A DNA stretch of 64,000 nucleotides from Euprymna scolopes (Eukaryota): NCBI GenBank assembly GCA_053919585.1, contig CM132784.1; one strand, given 5' to 3'. Below, one piece after another: positions 27,601 to 41,000 of the stretch. Each line of letters starts with the position of its first letter. Position 1 is the stretch's first letter. Under the pieces are notes generated by a model. It was not told the origin of the DNA and made no database searches. It saw nothing but the letters and a program-made list of their open reading frames with translations. A program made the translations under genes and the position numbers.

Positions 27601-30600
27601 ATTTATATCATTATTTAGATGTATGACCATCGCGACAACCTGGATTCTTCTCTTAAGGATTTAATTACGTTATGTATTCTTCCAGTGTGTGTGTGTATGT
27701 GTACAGTCAGCACCAACCCTATTCAGGGTTTAACCGGCTTCCTCCCAAGGAGGAAGTTTCATGGGAGTATGAAATTCACAAGCAGTCTCCAGTCGCATGT
27801 ATATCCCCGTTAGGGGAGATGATGACGTTAGGTTTTTGCTACTTTTTGCAGGAAGGTGTCGACGTCCTCCTACATACAGCACCTGGACTTCCCAAATTGC
27901 TCACCCATTTTAGTAATGACCAGGCTCAACGTTGCTTAACTTCGGTGATCTGACGGGAATCAGTGTGTCAATGTGATTATGCCGTATATTCTCCCAGTGA
28001 TACCATATGATCTGATTTTCCTTAGAAGACCATCATGCCATACTCTGTCAAAAGTCTTAGATCTACCTAGGGCTACCACTATACCCTCCCCTGCTTTGTC
28101 CAGCGTATAGTATATAGGTTCAGAGATTACAGTTAGGATATCTACTGTGGAACAGGTTTGCCTAAATCCATATTGTTGGTCACTCAGAAGTTTAACAGCT
28201 GTAAGGTGATGAACTAGAGCTTGGTTAATTATGGACTCAAATATTTTGGCAAAAAGCAGGAGAAGGCTAATAGGGTGATAATTTAATGGGTCTGTTCATT
28301 TGCTAGAATTCTGGAAAACTAGTATGATAGAATCAGTTTTCCAGCAGTCAGGAAAATAAGATTCGGTAAACCATTTGTTGTAAAGTTTGGAGAGAACTGG
28401 AGCAACCTCAGTGGAGCATTTTTTTTAATAGCACAGCCAGGATGAGATCGGGTCCACATGCTTTTGAGGTGGACAGGTTTTTAGTAAAATACTCTTTCGA
28501 ATAATAAACATTATCAATAGCATTAAACTTGGTTATGTTTGCATGGATAACATGTAAACGCCTGATTAATAAATAATAATAGTAACAATAAATTAATACA
28601 TATTAAGAATACTGCTAATAATTCTAATGCTATTAGTGTTAATACCAACTTATGTAATTATAGAGAAAAAATAATCGCCCACTAATGAATAATTGTTTAG
28701 TAATTAATCTCATAAGAAGTAATAAATAACAATGAACAAAAGAAACTGCAAAAGTGTAAATATAATGATCATTACATAATGACGTCGAAATAAGAAATGA
28801 CTTCAATTAAGTTTCAAGACTTTTTTGTACAGACATTTAAAATTGTTGTAGACTCTTGAAAATTCAGTATGTTATTGTTATACATCTTATGAGATGACTA
28901 ACCAATTTTCACCCCAAACAAGGCACAGTGCCACTTTGAAGCAGCTGTACTATCAGGGACTTAATTAGTGGGGTCATTATGAAGGGAGATGAGTAGAAAG
29001 ATGTTTGACTGACAAATTTTTATGAATTCAGATTCAAATGAATAGCTACAGCAGGAATTGGAATACACCCTACTAAAGCCTGATTATTATAGCTGGTGAA
29101 TTTCAAAAATACAATCTGGACGTGAGGACACTTTAGAAGAATGATATGCAATAAAATTCTGTTTTAAACTTGAAAAAATGCGATAGAAACATATGGAATG
29201 CTTCAGACTGATTTGGGACCATCTTGCGTGAATTGAGCGTCAGTTTTTGAGTGGCATAAGAGATTAAAGAAAGACAGGAAGTCTGTGAGATGAAAAGTGT
29301 GGGAGGAGTAAGGAAGTCAGAACACCAAATTTGATTGGCCAAATAAAGAATTTCATGGATAAGGGCGGTTGTGTGTCGAGAGAAACAATAAGTGAACAGT
29401 TTGATGCCATATGGGAACTGTTTACAATTATTTGCAGAAAACTGAAGATACGGAAGATTTGTGCGAATGCACCAGTCCACAACTCCATCCTTGTCACAAA
29501 CTATTTGACGAAGATGGGCATCAAGACAGGTCCTCATCCTCCCTATGGCCCAGACCTTGCTCCCAATGACTGCGATGAGAGTTTCATGTATGTACTAATA
29601 AAAGTGCCCATATGAAAAAAGTCTGGAAACTTATTGAAGGCACCTCATAGTACTACACTGTTAAAATATACATGCAAATAAAACCGCATAAATATTAACT
29701 TTAATATCAATTTTGTTTTGGGTAACTAAGATTTTAAAAAATGTATGGCTAAATGTAGCCATGCAAACAAATATTTGTGTTGTGTAAATTGAGCAATATA
29801 ACAAGAAAAATATTTTGTTTTAAAAAATATTTTGTCTTAAAAAATATTTTGTTTTAAAAAGTATTTTGTTTTAAAAAGTATTTTGTTTTAAAAAGTATTT
29901 TGTTTTAAAAAATATTTTGTTTTAAAAAGTATTTTGTCTTAAAAAATATTTTGTTTTAAAAAATATTTTGTCTTAAAAAATATTTTGTCTTAAAAAATAT
30001 TTTGTCTTAAAAAATATTTTGTCTTAAAAAATATTTTGTTTTAAAAAATATTTTGTTTTAAAAAATATTTTGTTTTAAAAAATATTTTGTCTTAAAAAAT
30101 ATTTTGTTTTAAAAAGTATTTTGTTTTAAAAAGTATTTTGTTTTAAAAAATATTTTGTTTTAAAAAATATTTTGTTTTAAAAAATATTTTGTTTTAAAAA
30201 GTATTTTGTCTTAAAAAATATTTTGTTTTAAAAAATATTTTGTCTTAAAAAATATTTTGTTTTAAAAAATATTTTGTTTTAAAAAGTATTTTGTTTTAAA
30301 AAGTATTTTGTTTTAAAAAGTATTTTGTTTTAAAAAATATTTTGTTTTAAAAAATATTTTGTTTTAAAAAATATTTTGTTTTAAAAAGTATAGAAAAAAC
30401 AAAACATAAAAAAATTGTTCAAATAATTAACAATGCTAATATTAATATTTTTCAATTCATTTAACAATGTAATATGAGCAGTAAATAGGATTTTGCTACA
30501 GTCACGATTTAGGTCAATTATTGATGCAGGGTTTTTCAAAATACGTCCATTTTGTTAATTTTATGATTGATTCATTTTATGGCATATCAACCTTAGTAGT

Positions 30601-31700
30601 CATTTAATGACTGAGTCTTTTTGTTATATATACATTAAAAGTTATAAGTTTTATGTATGTATGGTGTTCAGTGTCTATGTTTATATAGTTAGATAAGGTA
30701 TTGTTTTTTTTTTTTTTTTTTAATTTTGTTGAGTAACCCTGTTATCTTCAGATATTTGAGGAGGGTAGTTTGGTCTACATGAGTGAATATGTCTTTTACT
30801 GTTTTTGCATTATATAGATTCAGTTGGTTTGTTTTCAAGTCTTCACATCTTGTTAGTATATGATTGACTGTGTATGGTTCCTGGCAGGGTATGCAGAATG
30901 AGACTTCTTTTTTAAGTAGGTAAGTGTGTGTTATAGAGGTATGACCTATTCCAAGTTTAGTTATAACTTCCTTTCTGGTCATTCTTTTGTTTGGTTTCTA
31001 TTTTCCTATGGTTTCCTTGATTTGCTACAGTTTGTTTTTAGTACAAGACACGACTCATCTTTAGTTGTGGTCAATTTTAATGCTGCGTTTGCTGCTTTGT
31101 CAGCTCTATTGTTACCCTTTTATGCTGATATGAGTGGGTATTCAACAAAAGATTTTTTATCTTTAGAAATATCAATTCTATTTCGGATTTTGGTGAGTTT
31201 TAGATACGTTGATTTCCTGTTTTCCAGCATTTCAAATACTGATCTGGCACCTGAACAGATAATGAATTCTTCATCTTTAGAAGATTTTATATGGTCAAGT
31301 GCCATACAAATGGCTGATAATTCGGCACTGTAGATGAATGCTTTGTCTGGTGATCTTTTGTATAGGATTGTTTTACTGTGTATAGCTGCACATCCAATGG
31401 TATCTCCATCTTTTGAACTGTCTGTAGAAATTGTTACGTGTTTGGGATATTTATCTATATATCAGTACGATAGCATGTGTGTTATTTTCTGTGTCACGCT
31501 TATATCCGGGTCGTTTAATTGTTATGTACTCCCATTTCTTGTCATAAATAATTTTACCAAGAATTCTTCACAAGTTTTGGTTTCGATTATGGCTGAAGGA
31601 ACTATTTATATATATGAAAAAATATATATATTTTCATAAGTTTTTATTTCGGTTTTGATTCAAGCTGATGCACCCAAATCATATGGATATTTTTGTTTTT

Positions 31701-31735
<35 letters not shown>

Positions 31736-32009
31736 GCAACTTCATAATATATAAAAATCGATAGAACATTAACTCTATAATAATATATACAAAATCTGCA
31801 AGAATTAAAATATATTTAAGCGTACTTTACAACCGGGCTTTACAGGCGTTCGTGCTTGCTTAGATAAATACTTTTGCAGTTTTAACAAAAGAGCTACAAT
31901 CATATCAGAGCATCTTCATTTACACTGAACATTTACAGAATGCCAACATTAATATATATGAAGGAGTCCCCTGTGGAATTTCTACAGGTCCCACTAGTCT
32001 TTGATTTGG

Positions 32010-32042
<33 letters not shown>

Positions 32043-35000
32043 ATAGGATTGGATTGGTTTTTGTTTTAGGATACTTAATTAGGTCTGATATTATTTTTGG
32101 TTGTTTTGTCAGCTGGGGGGGGGGGATATTTAGGTTTTACAAATTTGTGTATTGTTGCGATGTCTATCTAGGTTTTATTTATGGATTCTTCCATCCATAG
32201 GCTAAATGGTTTTATAGCATTTTCTTTTCTATCAAAAAGAAATTTGTACTATGGGTGGAATAATTTTTATAAACAAGATTAGTTGGACAAGAAGCCAATT
32301 TTGTATAATATTGTAGTCCTAGTTTTTCTCTTCTAAATGATAATGAGGGTTCATCTGTTTCTACATATACACTTTCCACTGGGGAGGTGGGGAAAGCTCC
32401 TAGAGCCAATCTTGGCCCTTGGAGACGTATTGTCTAATTCTTTTATGCAAGACTTTCTTGCAGATCCATAAATATAGCATCCATAATCCAACTTGGATCT
32501 GACAAGGGATCTGTATAATTTAATTATTGAGTTTTAGTCTGCACCCCAGTCTGTGTGAGCTACTACTTTTAAGAGTTGGATGGCTTTGTTGCATTTTTGT
32601 TTGAGGTATCTAATATGAGGAATGTATGTTAGCTTTTTATCAAAGATGATGCCCAGATATTTATACTGATCAACTATAGATATTATTTCATTGTCCAGTT
32701 TGAGTATTGGGTCATGGTGCATTTTTTGGATTTGTTTTTTTCTTTTGAAAATTTAAACCCATTTCCCCCCCCCCCCATTCATTTATTTTGTTTAGACAAA
32801 GTTGTAAATGGCGTTCTATCCTTGGAATATATTTTGATCTATAACAGATCAGAAAATCATTCACATAGAGGGCACATTCTGTTCCTGTATTTGTATTTTT
32901 AACAATGTTATTTTGATGCTAAAAAGTGTGACAGACAGGATGCTTCCTTGTCGTACCTTTGTTGTCGTACCTCTGTTTCTTGCTTTTTACTAGTGGATTG
33001 GGTATCGCCTAGTCATACATTAAATTGTCTATCATAAAATTTGTGATGAAAATGAGCATTCCGCCTTTTAATCGTAGCTCGTGTAAATCTTTTATTATAC
33101 CATGCCTCCATGCAGAGTCGTATGCTTTTTCAATATCGAAAAAGACTGCTATTAGATGTTCTTTCGTGGAAAAGGCTTCCCTGATGAAAGTTTCTGACTG
33201 AATCGGGTGGTCTATGGGGCTTCTTTTGTTCTGAAATCCCGACTGATAATCTAATCAGATTATTTGTCTCAAGGTACCGTACTAATTGGCTGTTAATCAT
33301 TTTTCCATTATTTTGGAAACACAGCTAGTGAGTGCTATAGGTAATTCATGGTATTTGTAGAGTCCTCTGATGATTTAAGTATCGGTATCACTATGGCCTG
33401 CCTTCATATTTCAGGGACGTTGCTACTTTCCAAAATATCATTAAATATTTGCAGTCTAGTCTGTAGATGTATCAGGAAATTGTTTTATAAATTGATAGTG
33501 GATTTAGTAAGAGCCAACAGCCGAGTCATGAGCTTTTCAATTCATTTTTAGAGAATAGCTGGTTGTATTTTTCTGTATTATTTGTTTGAAACTGGAGTTT
33601 TTCCTTTTCTGCTTTTTCCTTAATAATTTGGAATTTTTTGTTAGAGTTTTTGGAGGAGGAGTTTTTTGCAAAAGTTTCAGCAAGACAATTTACCATTTCT
33701 TTCTTGCTAGTAATTTTTTGGTTATTATAGATCAGGTGTTTAGTAGGGTTGCTGTTATTTTTCCCTGAGATTTTTCAGATCATGTCCGAAACCTTTTTAA
33801 TTTTTGTATTGTTGATACATAGTTTTTCCATGATGTTCAGTTCATGGTTTTGCGAGCTTTAGCTCTACTGGTTTTATATTTATCGAGATTTCCTTAGTAT
33901 AGCTCGACGAGTTCTGATTGCTGCTTTGCATTTTTCATCAAACCAGGATTATTATGTTTTGGGGAGGTAGCAATATTATAGAAATATAAAATACATGATA
34001 TTATTTTGATTTGAATTATTTTCCGATGTTAGTTTTGTATGGCATAAACTGGAATTTTTCCCAATCAGCCTTCACGAAGTTCCATTGGGATATTTTTTTT
34101 TTTTTTTTTTTTTTTACACAGTGATCACCACTTATCAAGGCCCGGAAGCCACTCAGGGATAAGGGTTATTGCAAGTACATTACGTTAGTGTGGAGATTTG
34201 ATGAAGTGTTTACTTAAGGGGGCGCTTCATTAGGAATTTGTTAACATTGGACTTGAAGACATCCAAGTTGTAGTCCGGTGGGAAGCAGGCAGACGGAACA
34301 GAGTTCCACAGGCATGCAGTTCTAAGAAAGAAGCTTTGTTCATGGAATCCGCGTTTTGATTTAGGCACAGATATAGAGTGGGGGAAATTTTTCACAGTGG
34401 ATTCAGCTAGACGGGTGTTTTTTGTGAAAGATTGGCGAGGGGGGACCAGAGATTGGAGTTCAGACGAGCACCAGCCATGGAAATAACAATAAAACAAGGA
34501 TAGGCTCGCAACGTCTCTTCTGTGGGAGAGAGGTTGCAGGGTAGAGAAAAGGGCATCCCCCACTAAGCCACAAAGTCTATTTTGTACTCTGTCAAGGCAG
34601 GATAGGCTGTTTTTAGCAGCTCCTGCCCAGATATGGCAACAGTATTCCATCCTTGGACGTACTTGGCTTTTATATAGATAGAGAATTGCATCAGTAGTGA
34701 GATATCTTCTGGAGCGGTAGAAGGATCCCACCATCTTTCCAGCGACCTTGGCAACAGACTTGATGTAAGTGTTCCATTTCAGATCAGGAGTAAAGGTCAA
34801 ACCCAGAAGCTTGTCAAAAAACGGGGCCTCACCCAGACGAGAGCCATCCATTTCAATTGATGCCAGATGGGGATCAGAGCATTGATGATGTAAGGATAGG
34901 AGTTTGGTTTTGGATGCATTAAAGGTATCCAGCCACATCTTCCCCCACTGAACCACGCGCTCGAGATCAGAGGAGAGAGAATCAGAGAGAACTTTGTCAT

Positions 35001-38000
35001 TTACAGCCTTTGATGTGTTGCCGTAGATGGTCGTGTCATCAGCATAGATGTCAACGAATGATTTAAGTATGTGTTTAGGGAGGTCATTGATGTAGATCAG
35101 GAAGAAAGTTGGGCCCAGGATTGACCCTTGAGGGACTCCAGCATTTACATTTTGTTTTCTGGCATTGGCTCATTATTTTCAAGTATAATGGGAAAGGTAT
35201 CACTTCCATATGAATCTTCTGTGTTGGATCATACAATGTTAGGTCAATTTATGTGAATGTACCAGTTCCTAGGTGTAAATAAGTGTTTTATCATTAAACA
35301 GATATAGGTTTTCGTTATTTATATTTTCTATAGTTTTCCCCTTTTGCTTGTTTTTTCACTTCCCCATATCTCATTATGGCTGTTTAAGTCTCCCATAATG
35401 ATGTATGGCTTTGGAAGTTGTTTTATTAGTTTGGTCAAATCTGTTTCTGTGATGCTTTCATGTGATGGTATGTGAGCAAATGTTGATAGTTTTGTGAAGT
35501 GTTGCTTTTATTGCAGTAGCCTGCAGTTTAGTATTAAGTTGTATTTGACTTTGGGGTATGTCATTTCTAATAAGAATTGATGTACCTCCAGAGGCTCTGA
35601 GTCCAGTGTTGTGTATATAGTTATACTGATTGTAGTTTTTAATTTTTATATTGTCATCTGATTTCAGAAATGTTTCTTGGAGACAGACTATTACTGGGAG
35701 TAATTTATTGAGTAGAATAGTGAGCTCATGACAATTCCACTGGATTATATTATTTGTCTTATTTCTATCCGGTGTGATTCTGTGTGTCATATTTTGTATT
35801 TTAGTTTGTTATTTGGGTGTTTTGGGTTTAGTTATATTTTTTTAGTTCTCATCTATCTCCATCTCTTTGGATGTAGTGGGTGCATGTCTTATTAGTGTCT
35901 GTGTCTTAGCTCAGAAATCTTGCTGAGGTTTTTTTTTTTTTTTTTTTTTTATCTGCTCTGTCTTGTGCATCCTTCCCGACTTTTGGTCTTGATTAATTCA
36001 AATTTATTTTTGTTTTCAATTAATACTATTTCTGTTTTTTTGTTTATTTTGGTTTTTAGAAAGAGGTTTTGTGTTTTCCTGTTTTGCTTCCATCTTTCCT
36101 GATATTGTGTGTTTAATGTTTGTTTTTGTCCTTCTTCATGACTTGGATCACGTTTGTAGTTTTTGTTGATCGGATTCTATTCTGCTCTTTGGAACCAAAA
36201 ACAGTTCCAAAGAGCAGAATAACGTTTTGGTCACTTAATCGAGTTTTCCACAATACTAGTATTTGTTTCTTGTTAGTTTCATTTTGGTTTGTTTTTTTAA
36301 GTTTCAGATTTTTGAGTTCAGAAATTAGTTTGAGTAACTCTTGGTGGTTTGGCTTGAATTTTTTGTGATGTTTTTTTGGTAGGAATCTCCCATTTTCCTT
36401 GCTTCAGGGGACAATATATTCTCTTTGTATTTTACTTCCACAATTTCTTTTTCCTTTTTGAAGGTTTTGCATATTTTGGAGTATGCTGGATGGTTTTCCA
36501 GACAATTTGGACATTTAGTTTCATTGGGGCATTCGTTTTCAATGTGTTTGGGTTCTTTTAGACCACATTTTCCACATTTTTTGTGCCCTCTGCAAATTTC
36601 TCTATGGTGCCCAGCTTTTTGGCACTTAAAACATTTCAGAGGGGCTGGTATATATATTTCCACTTTTTCGATTCTATATCCACTTTTAATTTCTTTTAGA
36701 GTTTTAAGGGTATTAAACGTTAATATACAAGTCATAGGTATGGATTGACCGTTCCTTTTTATGTTGATTTGGATGTGATCAATTACTGTTTTCTTAGAGC
36801 ATTTTTTATTGCTTCTGTCATAGCTAAGGTTAGTTCATAGCTTCTTATGACACCTTTTGAAGCGTTTAACCTTTCGTGGGCAAATGTCTTGCATGTATAA
36901 ATATGGAATTTTTCCATTCCTAAGGTTTTTTGCGTCTTTGTAATTATCTGTAACAAGTAGGTTGCCATTTTTTTTTTTTTTTTTACTGTTTTTGGGTTGC
37001 TATTTTGGGTCAATACCTTTTCAATTAGAAATGGAGACAAATCACTGGTCTTTTTTCCATTCCAAGATTTCAATAAACTATGAATCTTGGGAAATTTTCC
37101 TTATCTATATGTTCAGGATTGAATTCTTGCTTACTGTCTGAGCTGGTGACATCTAAAACATCAGAGTGTGTTCTTTTGGTTTTTCTGGGTTTTTTAATTA
37201 TTAGATCTATGTATAGTTGATTAGTTTTTCATCTTTCTTGCTCCCCACCTGGAGCCCAAATGTAGGAGATGTTAGGGGAACACCCAATCATCCTTTCCTC
37301 CCAAGGATACAAAAATCGGTTGAGTTTGTACCATCGCTTCCCGATTCCTTTTAGTTTCATTTTTCCAGTTTAATAGAAACATTGGGTAGGGAACAGTTGT
37401 GTGGTTTTATCTCAGCAATTGATTGACCTTTGCCACCACCTAATACTTATTTGGTTTGCTTGTGTTTGTAGCAAGATATTGTATTATCTTTAGACTTCAT
37501 TTTTTTTTCTTTTTAGATGTTGTAATTGACATTTGCGTGTATACGTTTTGGCATGACTAGCCGATTGATTGGATCGGGCCTCTCCACCCTCCCGTCTAGT
37601 TGAGGTAAAGGCCAAAGTGGTGTGTTGCAAGGCCACAGCTTTTTTTTTTTCACACAAGTCATAGACTGCTCAACCACCAAGATCCCATCCTAAGTCATTA
37701 TGGATTGTTACCCATGTCCAACAGGTAACCCCATTTGAGGGACTTTTACTCTCTGCAAGGGGAGCAGTCAGCACATTCTAATACTCTAGTGAAACCTGAT
37801 CAATTGGAAAAACTTTATGCTTCAAGTTGTTTATTTCTTTAAATATTCATGGATTTTATTGTTAATTTTAATTTGCATGTTTCTTCAGATTCCACAGCTT
37901 CTAATAGTCATCTATAAATAAGTCTGAGCAATTTTCACTTTCATGCTTTCACCCAGGAATTGTCATTCATACGATATTATTCCTTCTTCGTATGATTTTT

Positions 38001-41000
38001 TTTTTTTTTTCGTTCAGATTCTTAGCTGGTCTACATTCTCAACCTAAATCCATGCTCTGTTCAACATTTTTTTTTTTTTTTTTTTTTTTTAAGAGACTTT
38101 GTGAGCCTGGCTCTAGTCTATCATTACTTTCATGGCAGGTGTTCATCTGAGCAGATGGTTCTCTCCTGCATAACTTTCACACACAAAAAAAAAATAAAAC
38201 AATAATTCATACTTGCTAAATTTTTGTTGTAATGTCTATGAATTCCCATTAATCGCTTAAAAATTTCTTTATAAAAATAAAACTACTTTATCAATTTAAT
38301 GATTTTTGGAATATGATATTTTGTTTCATCACGGTATGTACATCATACAGATTTTTCTTCATTTGTTTTTTTAATATATGGGGAATTCTGGACAAGAACT
38401 ATACTTTCTTGGCATTCGTTTTCTGTCTTTTTTTTTTTTTTTTTAAATTTAAAACAAGAGTCCCTCCAAATCAATAAATCTCCAAAGTTCGGCAAACCAG
38501 AATTAACACTCGTCAAACTCATCCACTAACAACCAAAACAACTTAGGTTTTTTTATTATTACACAATTGTGTATTCCAATAAATCGTTCACGTTAAGTTT
38601 TTCTCCTGTCAAATCAAAAATTGGTGTTTGTGTAGATTGGTTACCTTTTGAACCAATGCATTTCACGTGAAACATTATGTTACTTGTATTGATCGGGTTA
38701 TTGTTCTCATCTTGAATTTTATTTGTGCAACGTTTCGGTTGGTTTGGCCTTCAGTTTCACGCATGTTGGTTGTTATTTGGAACAACAGACCGACATGTTA
38801 CACAAACAACACTCGAGATGAGAACAATAATCCGATCAAAACATTACAAACAATCAACCCTCATCTCAAAACTATCATAAAACTTTAAAACATTATGTAT
38901 TTACATGTCAAAATTAGTATAAATTCTAAAAATTATGAAAAACGATCCTGTAAAAGATGGGTTCAGTGTGTTTTTAACAAAACTCATTCACATTCCGTTT
39001 AAAGATGGCGAGCCCTTAATTTAAGTCAAAAGAGATGTTAGTTTGTCATACTGTCAACGATGAAACTCGATAATTCAATAAATTTTATTTTTACTTATTT
39101 TTCTATTTGATAATTTTTTTCGTAATTTTTCAAATTTATACAAATTTCAACATAACACTTAAGTATGTAATAAGGTTTTCAGTTGAAATGTGTTCGTTTA
39201 ACAGATCGCCAATCTACACAAGTACCCAAATTTTCAACACAGTGTGATTACAAAACAAAATATTGGAATCATAATTTTTTCAACTATCATTCGTTATGTT
39301 CAACGTGTTTGATGCTGAGGCAACACCAGATAAATCTGCTAGTTTAACAGAAGGTAACATACGTCATTTGATTCCGTGCTGGTCTCAGACTCTCTATCAT
39401 CATCATCCACATCCGTACTTGGATGGTCCACTTCTGGCACGGTGGGTCGGACTGGTTTGGGATGCAGAATTGCATGATGAGAAACTGGATTATCACAAAT
39501 CTGGAAATCTGAAGATAAAAAAAATCATTAAAAAAAAAATCATTGAATCTGAAGATAAAAAGTTCAACATTGATTCATCAAAAAATAAATTAAATTTAAA
39601 CAATTTTTATACATTTTATGGAAATTCTTAGATACATCATAATAGATTCTGTGGCTATCATGCATATGATTCAAATCGTTTTCATCACGTACTAGTCAAG
39701 TTGAATGGATGCATTTTTTTTTTTTTTTTTTTTTTAAATCAGATTGGCGTTATCACAAAAGAAAGGCATGCCCAGAATTACTCCTATATTAAAAACAAAA
39801 ACATTATGATGTACATACTTACAATGAAATGAAAACATAGTATTTAAATACTTACAATGAAATGAAAACATAGTATTTAAAAAATCACAAATTGATCAAG
39901 TAGTTTTATTTTTAAATAAAATCAAAAAACACCTATTAGAAGGCAAGATTGAAATGAGGCAGAATCAAACAGGAAGAGAAAGAAACGGAAAAAAGAAAAG
40001 GAAATTCTCTTAATATACTCTCTTCATTTTTGTCAGTTTTTTTCATGCCACAATCTACAATTTATTTTGATTAGATTTAGACAAACAGGAAATATTTCAT
40101 AAATTATTTTTAACTTTCACAAAAGCAAAAATCTTCATATTAGAAAAATAACAGGTTGATTGGATTGGGTTTCTCCAATCACCTAACACAATAGCCAAAA
40201 TGGAGAGTCATGTTATCATTCAGAAATTGACCGATCAGGCATCATAGTCATCAACCATAACCAACAGACAGCTCTATTTCTCTTCCATGGTTAATCTAAT
40301 ATCACGTAATTGTAGCAATGTACAGCTGCAAGGGTGGTCATCATTGTGAATATAGAATGTTCTGTTTTCCTTCGTTAATAATCATGGTTTTCTTTTAAAT
40401 AACAGACATTGCACAAGTTACAAATAACAACCGCACACAATCTTTCAGCTTTAACAATTTCTTTTACAGTTTACGTAAAATCTTTAACCAAAGGGAAGAT
40501 AACAGCTGCCCCAAACATCTGCTCTCGTTTGCCCTTCAGAAATAAGAAAGATTTTATCAGCTTATCTGTTAAATGTCACTTGAGACTTCCTGTCTGTGAT
40601 GTAACATTCTGAACACATAGTTCTAATCCTATTCTAACTTCAAAATGGAATCTTACGATTTCTCTTTACTAACTTTGTGGACAGTTCTATTTTTAGGATT
40701 ATTTTCAGACATCCCATCTTGCTACAGAATGATGGGTTTGGTTTACATTAAGCTGATGATGTAGAGAGATTGAGGGTAAGAAAGAAAAAATATGTTGTTA
40801 AAAAAAAAAAAAAAATTACAAACTCACCTAAGTTGCCATTTTTCTTTGCAGATGTTTGATGACGTGACATTTCAAGAGCTAATCTCTGAAAAATTAAAAG
40901 AAAATTTACATTAAGAAAGAAAGAAAAAAGAACATTCTGTTAACGGATTGAACACAAAAAATATTCTCTTATATAGATGTTTAAAAATGATCTTAGTACA

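Noticed and set aside
27872-27986. 5S rRNA gene
   Set aside because: It has many substitutions, no oligo-T terminator, is fused to an unrelated body and tail, and is flanked by a TSD, so it is a SINE head.
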